Shown: piece by piece, positions 47,445-60,007 of the stretch
Layout of the letters: each line of letters starts with the position of its first letter
Numbering within the stretch: position 1 is the stretch's first letter
Assembly: GCA_002269645.1 (NCBI GenBank)
Contig: NIVC01002007.1
Span: forward strand, 124,001-188,000
Direction of reading: 5' to 3'
DNA length: 64,000 nucleotides
DNA from: Macrostomum lignano
Taxonomy: Eukaryota
Translations under genes and position numbers: made by a program
The notes under the pieces: model-generated
What the model was told of the DNA's origin: nothing
The model's database searches: none
The model's input: the letters and a program-made list of their open reading frames with translations, nothing else

Positions 47445-49079
47445 AAGTCGTGACTGGTTTTGATTCGCTCAGTAATTTTTCAAACAGCTCTCGTTGAACA
47501 ACCTTAGAAATGTGTCTTGTAAGTATTTTTCTCAATGTCCTATCAAAGGAATATCTTTATTCGTTCTGTGTCAATTTACGCGACAAATTAATTATCCATA
47601 ACTGTTATGTTATCTTTCTCCCAGTTTAATATTTATTTAAGATTTTGTTAAAATTGTCATATTTTCATATCATACCCTTATCCTCATATTTTTTCTCTGT
47701 AAACTTGAGCAGCTGCAGCCACTGTTGCATAATCAAAGTCTGCCACTCTTACGGAAAACGGTTGTTCGTCTGACTTTGTCAAAGACTAAAAAACCACCAA
47801 ATATCTGGGTAGCGGAACACCGGATTTTTCACACTTGATTTTTGTCCCACTGACATTTAGACATCGTCAACTTTCCTTTCTTTAAAATCTGTTATTTTAA
47901 TTTTAGACTACTAAAAGATAGATATACTACTACTAGTAGTAATACTACTAGCAAACTTGGCATTCGTTGGTGTCCAGCACGAGTCCCAAACCCAGTTACG
48001 CAGACGTTTAAGCAAAGTGCCGATATTTCGAATATTAATCTACCTTAGGGTGTTATTCTCATTAATTTTGTTACTTTGTACCGAAATTTGCCCTTAAAGT
48101 TGCTTATTTTTCATTTTAACGCTAACAACTCTTTGACCACTAACTTTCACTAAAAAAGTTATTTTTAATAACGCTGCTCAACACTGCTGATGCACATTTA
48201 ATCTGTCCATTCGCAACACTCACTTATGTTTTAATAATGAAAACTTATACTTTTTCATTCATTATTAACACTGATATACAAGATCGCTGTCAACTGCAAA
48301 TGTACGAAAAACATGCAAACATTCAATGAATGGATTGATTTTTTTAGTTAAAACTAACTACAGTCCGCTGTAGCTGTAATTATACACTGAAAAAATATTC
48401 GTTTTTTATTTTTTTAACTTGCGTTCTGTATTTATTTGTAGTAATTTCCGTGTTTTCTAGAGTTGTTAAAATTATTCGCAAACATTTAAAACTCAGATAT
48501 ACTTCACACAAACCGAAAAATGCCAGCGAAGGCAATAGTAGAAACGGAAATTTTGTAAACTCAAAAATCGCGTTTCGGTATGACAGATTTACGCAGAAGT
48601 GACTACTTATACTTAAAAATATCAAGAAGGACCAGGTTTTTTCGGGATACACTATGTACAACAAAAATATTGCGAAATGATATATATTTTAGAAAAGGTG
48701 TACACAAAAAAGAACTTTTTTCCATTTTTATGCAGTTAGAATAAATGATAGAATTTAAACCACTTACTCCTTTATGTGTTACTCCTTATTGGTTCTAAAA
48801 ATAGTAACTCAATGACCTTCACACAGGGGTAGTCAGACCGCCATCTAACGTGAATCGAATCCCACCATATTAACATGTGCATGTAAATTGTAAATTTCCT
48901 CAAGGTCAAACACCATCACGTGACAGCTCTGAGCCAATGAGCGTTTCCAGTAGAAATGGCCTTAAGAGATTCCCAAAGGTTGCTCCCTCGCATAATCATT
49001 ACATTAGCGGTGCAAAAAGTTTAATTAGTCCAGTTTCAAAGATTCCTCATTTCACCATCTCAAACGAAATTCTCGATGA

Positions 49080-50808
49080 TCACTTTCCACCACCGTTCAG
49101 TGGCCGAATGGCGTCCAACACGGCGCAGATGTCACCGTCCTTGGACGTCAGCAGGCGCGTCAGCCAGCCACCGTCGTCATTGAAGCCCATGGCGGTCATG
49201 TGCTCGAGGGAGCGGGCAATCTTCGGGTCCAGTGCGGCCAACAGTTCGAAGCCACCGTCGCTGCAGTTACCGCCGGTGGTGCCGCCGCCAACGAATGAGG
49301 CAGAAGTTGCTTCCATTGGCACGGAACCGAAGGCGGCTCCGCTCTCGGAGTGCGGCGGCGGCGGCGGCGGCGGAGGCTGACTCGGCGTGCAGAAGTTGGA
49401 CTGGGCCAGGACAGGTCCGCGCGGCCCGGCGCTGGACTCGGCCGAGGCCGAGCTGCTCGTCTTGATAGTCGCATCCGACGATGGGGTTCGGGCTGTCGAA
49501 GCCTGCACGCCAGCGTCAGACTCTTGGCGCATCACCTGCGAGGTGGTGACGGTGAAGCTGGAGTCCTTCTTTACAAGTCTATTTTTGCATTTGCATCACT
49601 GAGTCCCTGGGGTATCAGAGTTGGGTTACATCCTGGACGGGTTCTGTTATCTTTGTCTAAAACTGTAACTGATGCGTGATGACCTTCACAACTAACGTGA
49701 CCCAAATTTTTTTTACACACTAATGAAGCCTAAGTGTTTGATGTACATTGCTGATAGGAGGATTTCCCCTTATTGTTCAAGGTCAAATCGATTTCTGGTT
49801 CTGCCTGTCTTACACAAGGTCATAGATATCAATTGCCGCAATTGGACGCAACAGTAATCACGACATCACGTGATAGCTCTGAGTCAAGAACGTAAAACGT
49901 ATGTGTTGCCAATAGAAACAGCCTTGACTGCTTGAGCGCTTCTCAAGGTTGCTCAAGATATGCCCTCAATCACTCACTTGGATGGATGCGTCGATGCCCA
50001 TTGGCTGCAGGGCGGTGCTGATGGCGCTAGTCACGTGCTCAACAAGCAGCTGCTGCTCGGTGCAGACGCTGGCAGCCGAGGTAGCCAGTGGCGGCGTGGA
50101 AGCTCCGCTGCTGACGAGCTCCGTGGCGACTGTCGCCATGGCAGCTGCGTCGCGCATGGCGCAGCCGCGGCCACCGCGGCGCTGCCCGGACCCGGCATTG
50201 TCATCGGTGTTGCCGCTGGCGTGCGACTCGGCGACGGCCAGCTGGCCGCGGTGATGGCGCTGGAAGCAGCGACGCATCCCCGGATGCTGCCAGCCGCCGC
50301 CCCACCCACCGGCGAAGCCGCCGCCCCAGCCGCCGTCGCCTGGTCGCCGGATTAGCTTCATCTGGTGCTGGTTGTGCGAGTCCTTATTGAGACAGTCGCG
50401 GCAGAGGTCGAAGTCGGGACAGACAAGGCACTTGAACCTGTAGCCCCTGATGCCAGAGTTGCAGCCGTCGCAGTAGACGCCCGGATGAACAATGGCGTTC
50501 TGGTCGAAGGTGTCGGGAGAGCCGACTAGCGAGACGTAGACACGCACGGCAGCGCCGGGCCCCGAATTCGACAGGGTCAGCTGGCCGACAGCGTCAGCCA
50601 GTTCGGGGCTGCTGCTGAAGACGATGCGGTCGCCCTCTAGATCGAGCCAGCGCAGGCGCAACGGCTTGTTCGGCGAGATGTCGAACACGGACTGGATGCG
50701 CTGCACCAAGCAGGCGTAGCCGCGGCCATCGTTGCAGACGGTTTCGGGCAAGCTGAAACGCCTGATCTCGTCTTCGTAGTACACCTTGAATGGGATCTCA
50801 GAGTTCAT
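49080..50808 (-). CDS. SQSTM1: Sequestosome-1/p62 (PB1-ZZ-LIR-UBA), 2 exons, ~428 aa
   Basis: Exons 50808-49978 (CAA|GTGAGT) and 49535-49080 (phase 0). PB1: [12 protein letters not shown] and [15 protein letters not shown]: [30 protein letters not shown]-like: DGGFELL. UBA: [37 protein letters not shown]. Confidence 0.95.
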
Positions 50809-50979
50809 CTTGGTAGGCTTGAGAATTGATAGTGTCCGGAAAATTAGTGTTAATCTTGGTCGGAATCGGAGCGCGAACGGGTTCTGGCTCTGTTTCAGAA
50901 TTTTTTCTCCTTAGTTTTATAGACGTCTTGTGACGAAGGCTTTTTTCACTCGTTTCCAGACCGACGTATGTTTATCGTT

Positions 50980-50995
50980 GTCATGTGATTCAGCA
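50980..50995 (-). promoter_or_regulatory. Overlapping M-box/CLEAR-like (GTCATGTGA) and ARE/MARE-like (TGCTGAATCA) site ~175 nt upstream of the p62 ATG
   Basis: Motifs seen directly; function is inferred from the known TFEB/MITF and Nrf2 regulation of p62. Confidence 0.4.
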
Positions 50996-51723
50996 GAAAC
51001 GACGCAGAGGGGGGGTCGCCAGTACTGTACGCGGGAAAGAACGGTTGGGTAGACGTAGGGGCTGAATGTACAGTGAGGCATAAAATAGACTTTCAGAGGG
51101 CAGAGAGGCAAATGTACATTCCCCGGTAAGGCTTGTACAGGCTTTTGTTCTATTTTTAGAAACTCACTGGGTAAACGTTGAATCTACGTTGGATTTTCGG
51201 AATCGGGGTAGACAGGCAGGGAGGAGGTCTAACATTGGCCGAACGAATGCCGCCTCTTCATGGCAAAGCTGGATCTGGGGTGTCTTTTGTTTTAACGAAA
51301 TCAGCTGACCCGCAGATGGCGCAACTCTCATACTATTTTCTGCATTGTAATGACTGGAAATAAATATCTTGAAGATGGAGGAAAAGGAGAGAGAGAGTTC
51401 TAGGGCTCGAACTCAGTCAGCTGATGCGGCCGACGAAACTCGACTGTCTCAAACCTGGCTAACTAACTCACTTAGTTTACATTGACGACATGTATTTTTA
51501 GCTACTCGGCCTGGGTCTGGGTGTGGCTAGCAAAACGGGGCAATAGAAAAAAGCTTCTAGTCAGGCAATGAGCAAAATTTATTACTTATTATTTTGCAGC
51601 AATGTGAGTTATCGTCGAAAATATTTTTATGGCTCTTTCTACATGTATAATGAAAATTAACCAAGTGACAATTCATTTCTTCTCAAACTCATTAAACTTG
51701 GTGCCACTGTTCTCCAGTGTCTC

Positions 51724-52530
51724 AAATCTGGCGCCAATAACATAAATCTGGCGCCAAAAACATGAATCTGGCGCCAATAACATGAATCTGGCGCCATAGC
51801 CTTGAATCTAGCGCCATAGCCTTGAATCTAGCGCCAAAGCCTTGAATCTAGCGCCAAAGCCTTGAATCTAGCGCCATAGCCTTGAATCTGGCGGCAATAA
51901 CATGAATCTGGAGCCTCATTCTTGAATCTGGCGCCATTTTAATGAATCTGGCGCCATTATCGTGAATCTGGCGCCATTGTCATAAATCTGGTGCTATTAG
52001 CATGAATCTGGCGCTATTATCATGAATCTGGCGCCATTATCTTGAATCAGGCGCCATTATCGTGAATCAGGCGCCATTGTCATAAATCTGGTGCTATTAG
52101 CATGAATCTGGCGCTATTATCATGAATCTGGCGCCATTATCTTGAATCAGGCGCCATTATCGTGAATCAGGCGCCATTGTCATAAATCTGGTGCTATTAG
52201 CATGAATCTACGGCATTATCTTCAATCTGGTACCATTATGATGAATCTGGCGCCATAATCTTGAATCTGGCGCCATAGCCTTGAATCTTGCGCTATTATC
52301 ATGAATCTGGCGTCATCATCTTAAATCTGGCGCTATTTTCATGAATTTACGGCATTATCTTCAATCTGGCACCATTATCATGAATCTGGCGCCATTAGCA
52401 TGAATCTGGCGCTATTATAATGAATCTACGGCATTATCTTCAATCTGGCGCCATTAGCATGAATCTGGCGCCATAATCTTGGATCTGGCGCCATAGCCTT
52501 GAATCTGGCGCCATAATCTTGAATCTGGCG
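51724..52530. repeat. 21 nt minisatellite (atgaatctggcgccattatc[a/t])
   Basis: Direct. Confidence 0.93.
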
Positions 52531-52997
52531 GCCGTCTTACTTTAGCGCATTGACCAGGTTATATCTGCTTATCCAAAACACCTCGAACCTTTTCTATTTC
52601 CTCACAGATTTTTCAATGAGCTGTTTTTCGCTACTGTAAGTAGCACTGAAAGAAAATGGTGAACTAAAAGTCACTCAGCTGCGGTTAGTGTTAAGTTGTT
52701 TTTGGCGTTCTCCATCAATTCTCCACCCTTTCTCCACCCTATTAATTGTTTGACTTAGCGTGGTGGCGTGACTCGAATGGTAGAGTGCAAGTACTGTTAT
52801 CAGCAGAACATGTTTCCTTTCGCTTTTCTGTACCCAACCCTGAGCTCTTATTTTTTGTACCTGCAATTAGTGTAAAATAAATTTATAGCTCCATCAAAAG
52901 TACAAAGCTGCTTTGAAAGCTATTCAATTACTATCGTTATGGAAGTTCATGTCCACTGACCAATCTGAGGGGGGGGGTTGAGTCAAAGGTAGGAGAA

Positions 52998-53270
52998 GGG
53001 GGTCAAAGCTGGGTGAGGGGGGTCAAATCTGGGTGAGAGGGGTCAAATCTGGGTGAGACGGGTCAAATCTGGGTGAGGGGGTCAAATCTGGGTGAGGGGG
53101 TCAAATCTGGGTGAGGGGGTCAAATCTGGGTGAGGGGGTCAAATCTGGGTGAGGGGGTCAAATCTGGGTGAGGGGGTCAAATCTGGGTGAGGGGGTGGGT
53201 CAAATCTGGGTGAGGGGGTGGGTCAAATCTGGGTGAGGGGGTGGGTCAAATCTGGGTGAGGTGGTCAAAT
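52998..53270. repeat. ~20 nt minisatellite (ggggtcaaatctgggtgagg)
   Basis: Direct. Confidence 0.92.
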
Positions 53271-53854
53271 ATCGTGCATGGGGTCAGATCTTGAGTAGGG
53301 GGGGGAGTCAACTCTGAATCAAGGAGTCAAATCTGGATGAAGTGCTCAAATTTTGGTTGCCAATGTGACGTTCCAATTGACCGATTCCAAAATTCATATT
53401 CACCGATTTATAACAAGACTCAGCGCACTCGAAGAAGCTCTGAAAATTTTCCGTTTTAGTTTACTAAAAGAATCCATAAAAAAAGTTACACAAAGCGAAC
53501 CCAAAAAGATATTCGAGCACAGCTGTCTCAAACCCGAAAGTCCAGACTCTGTGCTTGCAATCGAAGATGTGAAATTCACAGCCTCAACCCCCAGCTCTGT
53601 CTGCTTGGAAGCTTGAAGACAGACTGCTTGCTGCAAACAATTGAAAGAAGCTACAATTGCGGCGGCTGAAATGAAAGAGTTAAGAAACAGACAAGCGCCT
53701 TAGGGTCAAAACCCAAGTCCAGGTCGCAAAGGCAGGCCAAGCCCAGTATTCATTTCTATTTTATCGCTTTTCAAGCTCTCCCCCCTATGTTTTGGTATAT
53801 AGCGAGCAACCTATATTCAAATGTAATTTGCTCCTACACACACTGAGCATATAA

Positions 53855-54120
53855 CAGGGGCGCTGGGGGCAGTTAAAAAGTGAGCAGTCTGCAAGTCCAT
53901 ACCCAGCCCCTCTCATATAGGCACGTGCGGTAGCTCAACCCCTGCACCCACCAAAAAATTTTTTTACCAACACAGCAATTCGGCTGCAAAAGTCAGGAGG
54001 AGGGTGCCCTTCCCCCCTGCTGTGCATAGCGGCTGCTGTATGAGCTCAACTTGACAGGCGCAAGTCGTAAATCAAAAGCCGCAGTCCCGACAACCAACCC
54101 CCCCCTTTCAAGCGCCCCTG
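53855..54120. mobile_element. Candidate 266-bp MITE
   Basis: Perfect 10-bp terminal inverted repeat CAGGGGCGCT...AGCGCCCCTG. No target-site duplication is visible. Confidence 0.3.
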
Positions 54121-55199
54121 CATGCAGGCGACCATTGCTGACCCCAGCCCAGTGTGACAGCAGCGCCTTCAAAGCCCTGCCCGCCGCCACTGCCCCTCTC
54201 AGCTGCAGCAGAACCCTGGGAGAGGCGCTGCACAGTGAGGGACTGAGGGGAGAGAGAGGGGGGAGGCAGCTCAGGACCCTTCATCAGTAGTCGAGGGGGT
54301 TAGGAAGGGGTTGTCGGCCCAAATGCTGCTATCAGGCCACTTAGATTGCATTGCTTTGAAGTCAGCCAATGAGAGTCAGTCGGCCAGTTTTGGACTCGCG
54401 ACTTTGCGTTGTATGCTCGCGCACTGCTACTGAGGCTGCTGCTCAGGCTTAAATAAGTTTCAATATTAGGCTGCTTACCCCAGAAACTTGCACCAGACCA
54501 GGCCCCTAACAACCAACTGTGTGTGTGCGGCCTTTCATTGGAAGACAGAAAGACAGAAAGACACCCGCACACTGTCTGCCCTTCCCAGCACAGCTACACT
54601 CGGCGCAAACATATTTATACAAATGTATATTCATATTTGCGCTAGCAGGCGGAGTTGGCGCGGACACAAGCAGAGCCACCGCATACGCAGAGGAAATACC
54701 GCGACAAAGAAGCGTTGCACTTGCATGCTGGAACTTGGTCCCGGAAGTGCTTGACCTATCCGTAAGTATAAGAGCAACCGGACTTCTGTTACAGCACTTC
54801 TTGTTTCGGTGTTGCATTGTAGTTGCATTGCGTTGGATCTACATGTATTTTTTTTGAAAATTCATTTCAACTTTTCAACGCAGTGCCACTGCGGTGCCCA
54901 CCGAGGTGCCTAAACCATCGGGTGCTCTCTTCTCACTGGAGTTTGTGCTCAATTTAATCATATATCTATTTTGTGAGCACTCCATTTTACTGCGGTTGTT
55001 TGCAGCACCGCTAAAACTTTATTTTGTTTGTCGGTACGGTCCTATATGGCACAAACTAATTTTGCTAATTCTAACTAGTTTGGTCAATAAGACTTTTGTT
55101 TCATAGAGTTAAGAAAATATTTTTAATCTTTTCATTCCTACGATGTTTGTTCATACCAAATTTTTTAATTTTTTAAATCAATGAAATTATCTAAGTTCC

Positions 55200-55790
55200 T
55201 CTCCCTCTCCTGTCTCCCTCTCTGGTCTCCCTCTCCTGTCTCCCTCTCTGGTCTCCCTTTCCTGTCTCCCTCTCTGGTCTCCCTCTCTGGTCTCCCTCTC
55301 CTGTCTCCCTCTCTGGTCTCCCTCTCTGGTCTCCCTCTCTGGTCTCCCTCTCTGGTCTCCCTCTCCTGTCTCCCTCCCCTGTCTCCCTCTCCTGTCTCCC
55401 CCTCCTGTCTCCCTCTCTGGTCTCCCTCTCTGGTCTCCCTCTCCTGTCTCCCTCTCCTGTCTCCCTCTCCTGTCTCCCTCTCCTGTCTCCCTCTCCTGTC
55501 TCCCTCTCCTGTCTCCCTCTCCTGTCTCCCTCTCCTGTCTCCCTCTCCTGTCTCCCTCTCCTGTCTCCCTCTCCTGTCTCCCTCTCCTGTCTCCCTCTCC
55601 TGACTTCTCTCTCTACTGTTTCCCTCTGGTCTCCCTCTCCTGTCTCCCTCTCTGGTCTCCCTCTCCTGTCTCCCTCTCTTGTCTCCCTCTTTTATCTCCC
55701 TCTCCTGTCTCCCTCTCTTGTCTACTTATCTTGTCTACTTCTCTTGTCTACTTCTCTTGTCTGCCTCTCTTGTCTCCCTCTCCCCTCCCC
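55200..55790. repeat. 13 nt pyrimidine minisatellite (tctccctctcctg / tctccctctctgg)
   Basis: Direct. Confidence 0.93.
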
Positions 55791-57079
55791 TGCCTGTACA
55801 AAGCGTCTGTTTTAGGAACAAAAAGCTGACTTCTTCGAGAGTTTCAACGTGTAATTTTCTGCAACAAACCAATGTTGTTACTGCCAGTAGGCCAGAATGG
55901 CAGGCTAGAAGCATTTCGAATTTGCAAAAAACAATTCCCCAAAGCAGCCCCCCCCCCCAAAAGTGACGGCAGTACACTGCGTACGGAATTATCGGGGCTT
56001 AGAAAGAATACCAGCCATTTACCTATCCGACTTTCTATTCCCATATTTGGGATTTTATCCGCGCCGGCGCTGCAGAGCGCCAATTCCTTCCCAAACAGAC
56101 TAAACTTCGAGACGGCGAAATGTCACGGCAGCGGGAGGGGGGTGGCTTGACTTGCAAATTCCTGACAGACCGACGGATCGGGGAGGCTGGCTAGAGATAG
56201 ATGGAGAAATTAGGCAGCCAAGCAAAGTATGAAGACCAGGGACCTCTGCTTACACTTGGACAGAGAGATTGCCTCAAAATTCTAACAACAGTAAGCGCAC
56301 AATGTCTGAAAAACAAGTGCGATAGGAGCAAAGACCACTGAAGCATAATAGGACTTAAAAAACTCAAAGATCGTGCAACTTTTGGAGGCCAGTTTCCTGC
56401 AAAAAACTAACTGTGGAGATCGGAAAAAATCTTATTTTATCGCATACTTGCAATCAATGATTGAATTTCATCTGGGCAGTGAAGATTATCACCAATCCTT
56501 TAATTTGGTTCCAGTCCAGGTTATCCAGAAGTCCCTGGCAGAGGAAGTCGCTGACTGGCCTTGGAGGCCGCAGTGTGGAAGGCAGGTTTCCACTTTGCCG
56601 GGATGGGTCGGGGGGCTTCGTGTGCGCACTTTTCGGGAATTTTCCGATGTCGGACGGATGAACGCGAGGTGAACCAGACAAACAGTGAATTGCATGTGCA
56701 ACAGGAACTTTGCAAAATGCTTTTATGAGTTGCTGATAAAATTGTGTCGTTTTAGTTAATCCAGCTGACTCAGTGCAAACGAAGGCATGACCGAAATGCG
56801 AATGGCACAGGAAATTAATTGTATCAGTTTTTAACCGAAATATTACACTTCGACATCGAATTATTCTGTAACAATTATTCTTCTGTGCTGAAGGGATCTG
56901 CAACTAGACAATTTTTATCGGCAATTAATAAACATGCTTTGCGCCGGTTCTAAGAATTGGGTCAGTGAATTTGCTTTTTTGGTGTTCTAATTTAGCAATC
57001 TGAGTGCCATTCACCATGGGACAGAGTGCGTCCGTGCCAGACAATGAGCAAATCAGGACCTCTGTAAGACCCTGTACGT

Positions 57080-57273
57080 GGGGTGTGCCATAGCCTAGTG
57101 GTGCAGCGCGGCGCTCTGATGTACCAGCGGCCCAGGCTCGATTCCAAGTGCAGCCACATAAATTTTGGGCTTAATTGGAAGTGCAACTGGCTTGGCTCTG
57201 CTCGTGCAATTAACGCCTTAGAGTGCCAACCCCCAAGGCGCAGTGAAGTGTACATGTCTAACGATAAATAAAG
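57080..57273 (+). mobile_element. Candidate tRNA-derived SINE (second family)
   Basis: A box TAGCCTAGTGG (57091) and B-box-like GGCTCGATTCC (57135), with an unrelated body ending in ataaataaa. It does not fold as a full tRNA. Confidence 0.5.
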
Positions 57274-57790
57274 TCAGGGCCGCTGTACACTCCTGAGTGA
57301 GTGTGTGCCTGTGCCTCTCGCCGGTTGTGCGACAATGTCGCTTAAAGTTCGACAGGGTGCACACAGCCACCTGCATCAAATTGTTTTGCTCCTTCTCGAG
57401 TTCTTGTAGATGTTCCTAGAAATATAATCGCTGCTCCGGAAGTAGCTAGATAGTACCGTTGTACTACCTATCGATTTGCCTAAAAAGGAACCTAAAACGT
57501 TAGCCTTAGACTCGGTAGGGTTGCTGCCACCTTGGTGTGCGGACTCGACGCGTCGGCAGAGTTGTCTATCCGTCACCTGAAATAAAATAACGAAGTCGCT
57601 CGGAGCAAAGGCAAATCTGAAAATGTCTCGACAGTTGATCGTTCTAGTAGAATGCTGCTCGAACCTGAAAACCTGAAAAACCTGAAATGAGAGAGGAGAG
57701 CTCGGAGGAGGCTTCACGAATTAGCCACGATGCTCCGCGAGACGACGCCGTGGAACGCGATCTGGAGAAAAATGGCTCACAGATGCTCCG

Positions 57791-58153
57791 TATTTTTAGC
57801 TGAGCAGACCCCCCAAAAGTCACGTGAGTTTCATGCGGTGAGCGCGTGAAACTTCCTTATTTGGTCCTCAGAATCATGCAAGCGTTGCGTGATCCAAGGC
57901 CAACTTCCAAATAAGGTAACCCTGTCACGCTGCTGTGGCGTGACTCAAAATCAGCTGCCTCGCAAAACTAGCGTGCACAGTCACGTGCTTTTCTGTGCTA
58001 AAAATAGAACTTGGGCGGATGAGTCATCCTGTTTACTCCCTCTAGGCAGCCATTACAGCCCGCGCAGGTGATGAGTCATCCTGCTATGCCTCCTCAGCGC
58101 GAGTGGGAAGACATTGAGTGTGGCTGCCCACGCCTGCTCGGGCGATGAGTCAT
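57791..58153. promoter_or_regulatory. Candidate muscle/immediate-early enhancer: MEF2, 2x CArG, 4x AP-1, E-boxes
   Basis: CTAAAAATAG 57998-58007; CCTTATTTGG 57855-57864; CCAAATAAGG 57907-57916; TGACTCA 57941; ATGAGTCAT at 58019, 58071 and 58145; CACGTG at 57821 and 57982; CAGCTG at 57952. Confidence 0.6.
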
Positions 58154-58545
58154 TTATGAAAAGTTCCGCATTATCCAGCCAAGAATCGCAGCTTCAGACG
58201 AAAATTAAAGTTCAAGGCGCTCCGCCAGAATACACCTTTGGGTGCTTCTGTTTATGGAATTCCTGCGGCAGGCGGCGCACCGAGTGGTGATCGCCTCTTT
58301 TCCATTTTATCAAGCGCTGGTCCATCGAGCGGCATGGGAAATGTCAGGCCTCTACTTTCATCTCCTGGTTTTTAGCTCTACAGCGCGGAAGGAGACGACA
58401 GATGCTTCAAGCGTGTCTGAATTTGTTATGGGTACATCAAGGTGTGAGGAATTAAGCGCGCCAACTAAACACTATTTTATTCTATCTTATCTAACCCTAT
58501 ACAAATCAACCTGTTTGAGTAGTCAAGCATCTATAGTCAAACATA

Positions 58546-60007
58546 GATGCTTGCTATCTGAGGGGTGCTTGCTATCTGGGTGGATGCTTGCTATCTGAGG
58601 GGATGCTTGCTACCTGGGTGGATGCTTGCTATCTGGGGGGGTGCTTGCTATCTGGGTGGATGCTTGCTATCTGGGTGGATGCTTCCTATCTGGGTGGATG
58701 CTTGCTATCTGGTGGGTGCTTGCTATCTGGGTGGATGCTTGCTATCTGGGTGGATGCTTCCTATCGGGGTGGATGCTTGCTACCTGGGTGGATGCTTGCT
58801 ATCTGGGTGGATGCTTGCTATCTGGGGGGATGCTTGCTACCTGGGTGGATGCTTGCTATCTGAGGGGATGCTTGCTACCTGGGTGGATGCTTGCTATCTG
58901 AGGGGATGCTTGCTACCTGGGTGGATGCTTGCTATCTGAGGGGATGCTTGCTACCTGGGTGGATGCTTGCTATCTGAGGGGATGCTTGCTACCTGGGTGG
59001 ATGCTTGCTATCTGAGGGGATGCTTGCTATCTGAGGGGATGCTTGCTACCTGGGTGGATGCTTACTATCTGGGGGGATGCTTCCTATCTGAGTGGATGCT
59101 TGCTACCTGGGTGGATGCTTGCTATCTGAGGGGATGCTTGCTACCTGGGTGGATGCTTGCTATCTGAGGGGATGCTTGCTATCTGGGGGGATGCTTACTA
59201 TCGGGGTGGATGCTTGCTACCTGGGTGGATGCTTACTATCTGGGGGGATGCTTCCTATCTGAGTGGATGCTTACTATCGGGGTGGATGCTTACTATCGGG
59301 GTGGATGCTTGCTATCTGGGGGGATGCTTACTATCGGGGTGGATGCTTGCTATCTGGGGGGATGCTTGCTATCGGGGTGGATGCTTACTATCGGGGTGGA
59401 TGATTGCTATTTGGGGGATGCTTGCTATCGGGGTGGATGCTTGCTATCTGGGGGATGCTTGCTATCTGGGGTGGATGCTTGCTATCGGGGTGGATGCTTG
59501 CTATCTGGGGGATGCTTGCTATCTGGGGTGGATGCTTGCTATCGGGGTGGATGCTTGCTATATGGGTGGATGCTTACTATCTGGGGGGATGCTTCCTATC
59601 TGAGTGGATGCTTGCTACCTGGGTGGATGCTTACTATTTGGGGGGGGGGATGCTTCCTATCTGAGTGGATGCTTGCTATCGGGGTGGATGCTTACTATCG
59701 GGGTGGATGATTGCTATTTGGGGGATGCTTGCTATCGGGGTGGATGCTTGCTATCTGGGGGATGCTTGCTATCTGGGGTGGATGCTTGCTATCTGGGAGG
59801 ATGCTTGCTACCTGGGTGGATGCTTGCTATCTGAGGGATGCTTGCTATCTGCAGGATGCTTGCTATCTGGGGGATGCTTGCTATCTGAGGGATGCTTGCT
59901 ATCTGAGGGATGCTTGCTATCTGGGGGATGCTTGCTATCTGAGGGATGCTTGCTATCTGCAGGATGCTTGCTATCTGCAGGATGCTTGCTATCTGGGGGA
60001 TGCTTTC
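58546..60007. repeat. ~19 nt minisatellite (ggatgcttgctatctgggt / gagg variants)
   Basis: Direct. Confidence 0.95.

Noticed and set aside
53353-53700. Short ORFs; similar cases at 1511-1821, 2795-3298, 7408-7638, 11415-11705 and 17261-17488
   Set aside because: No domain motifs or splice-phase support that I could recognise.
56373-56903. Possible hAT transposase fragment (VPVAHAIHCL, CxxH-like)
   Set aside because: A single weak motif with no other hAT blocks.
57376-57717. 113-aa minus-strand ORF with several tttcag acceptor-like sites next to the enhancer cluster
   Set aside because: No recognisable protein and no consistent exon chain; it might be UTR or non-coding exons but is unsupported.
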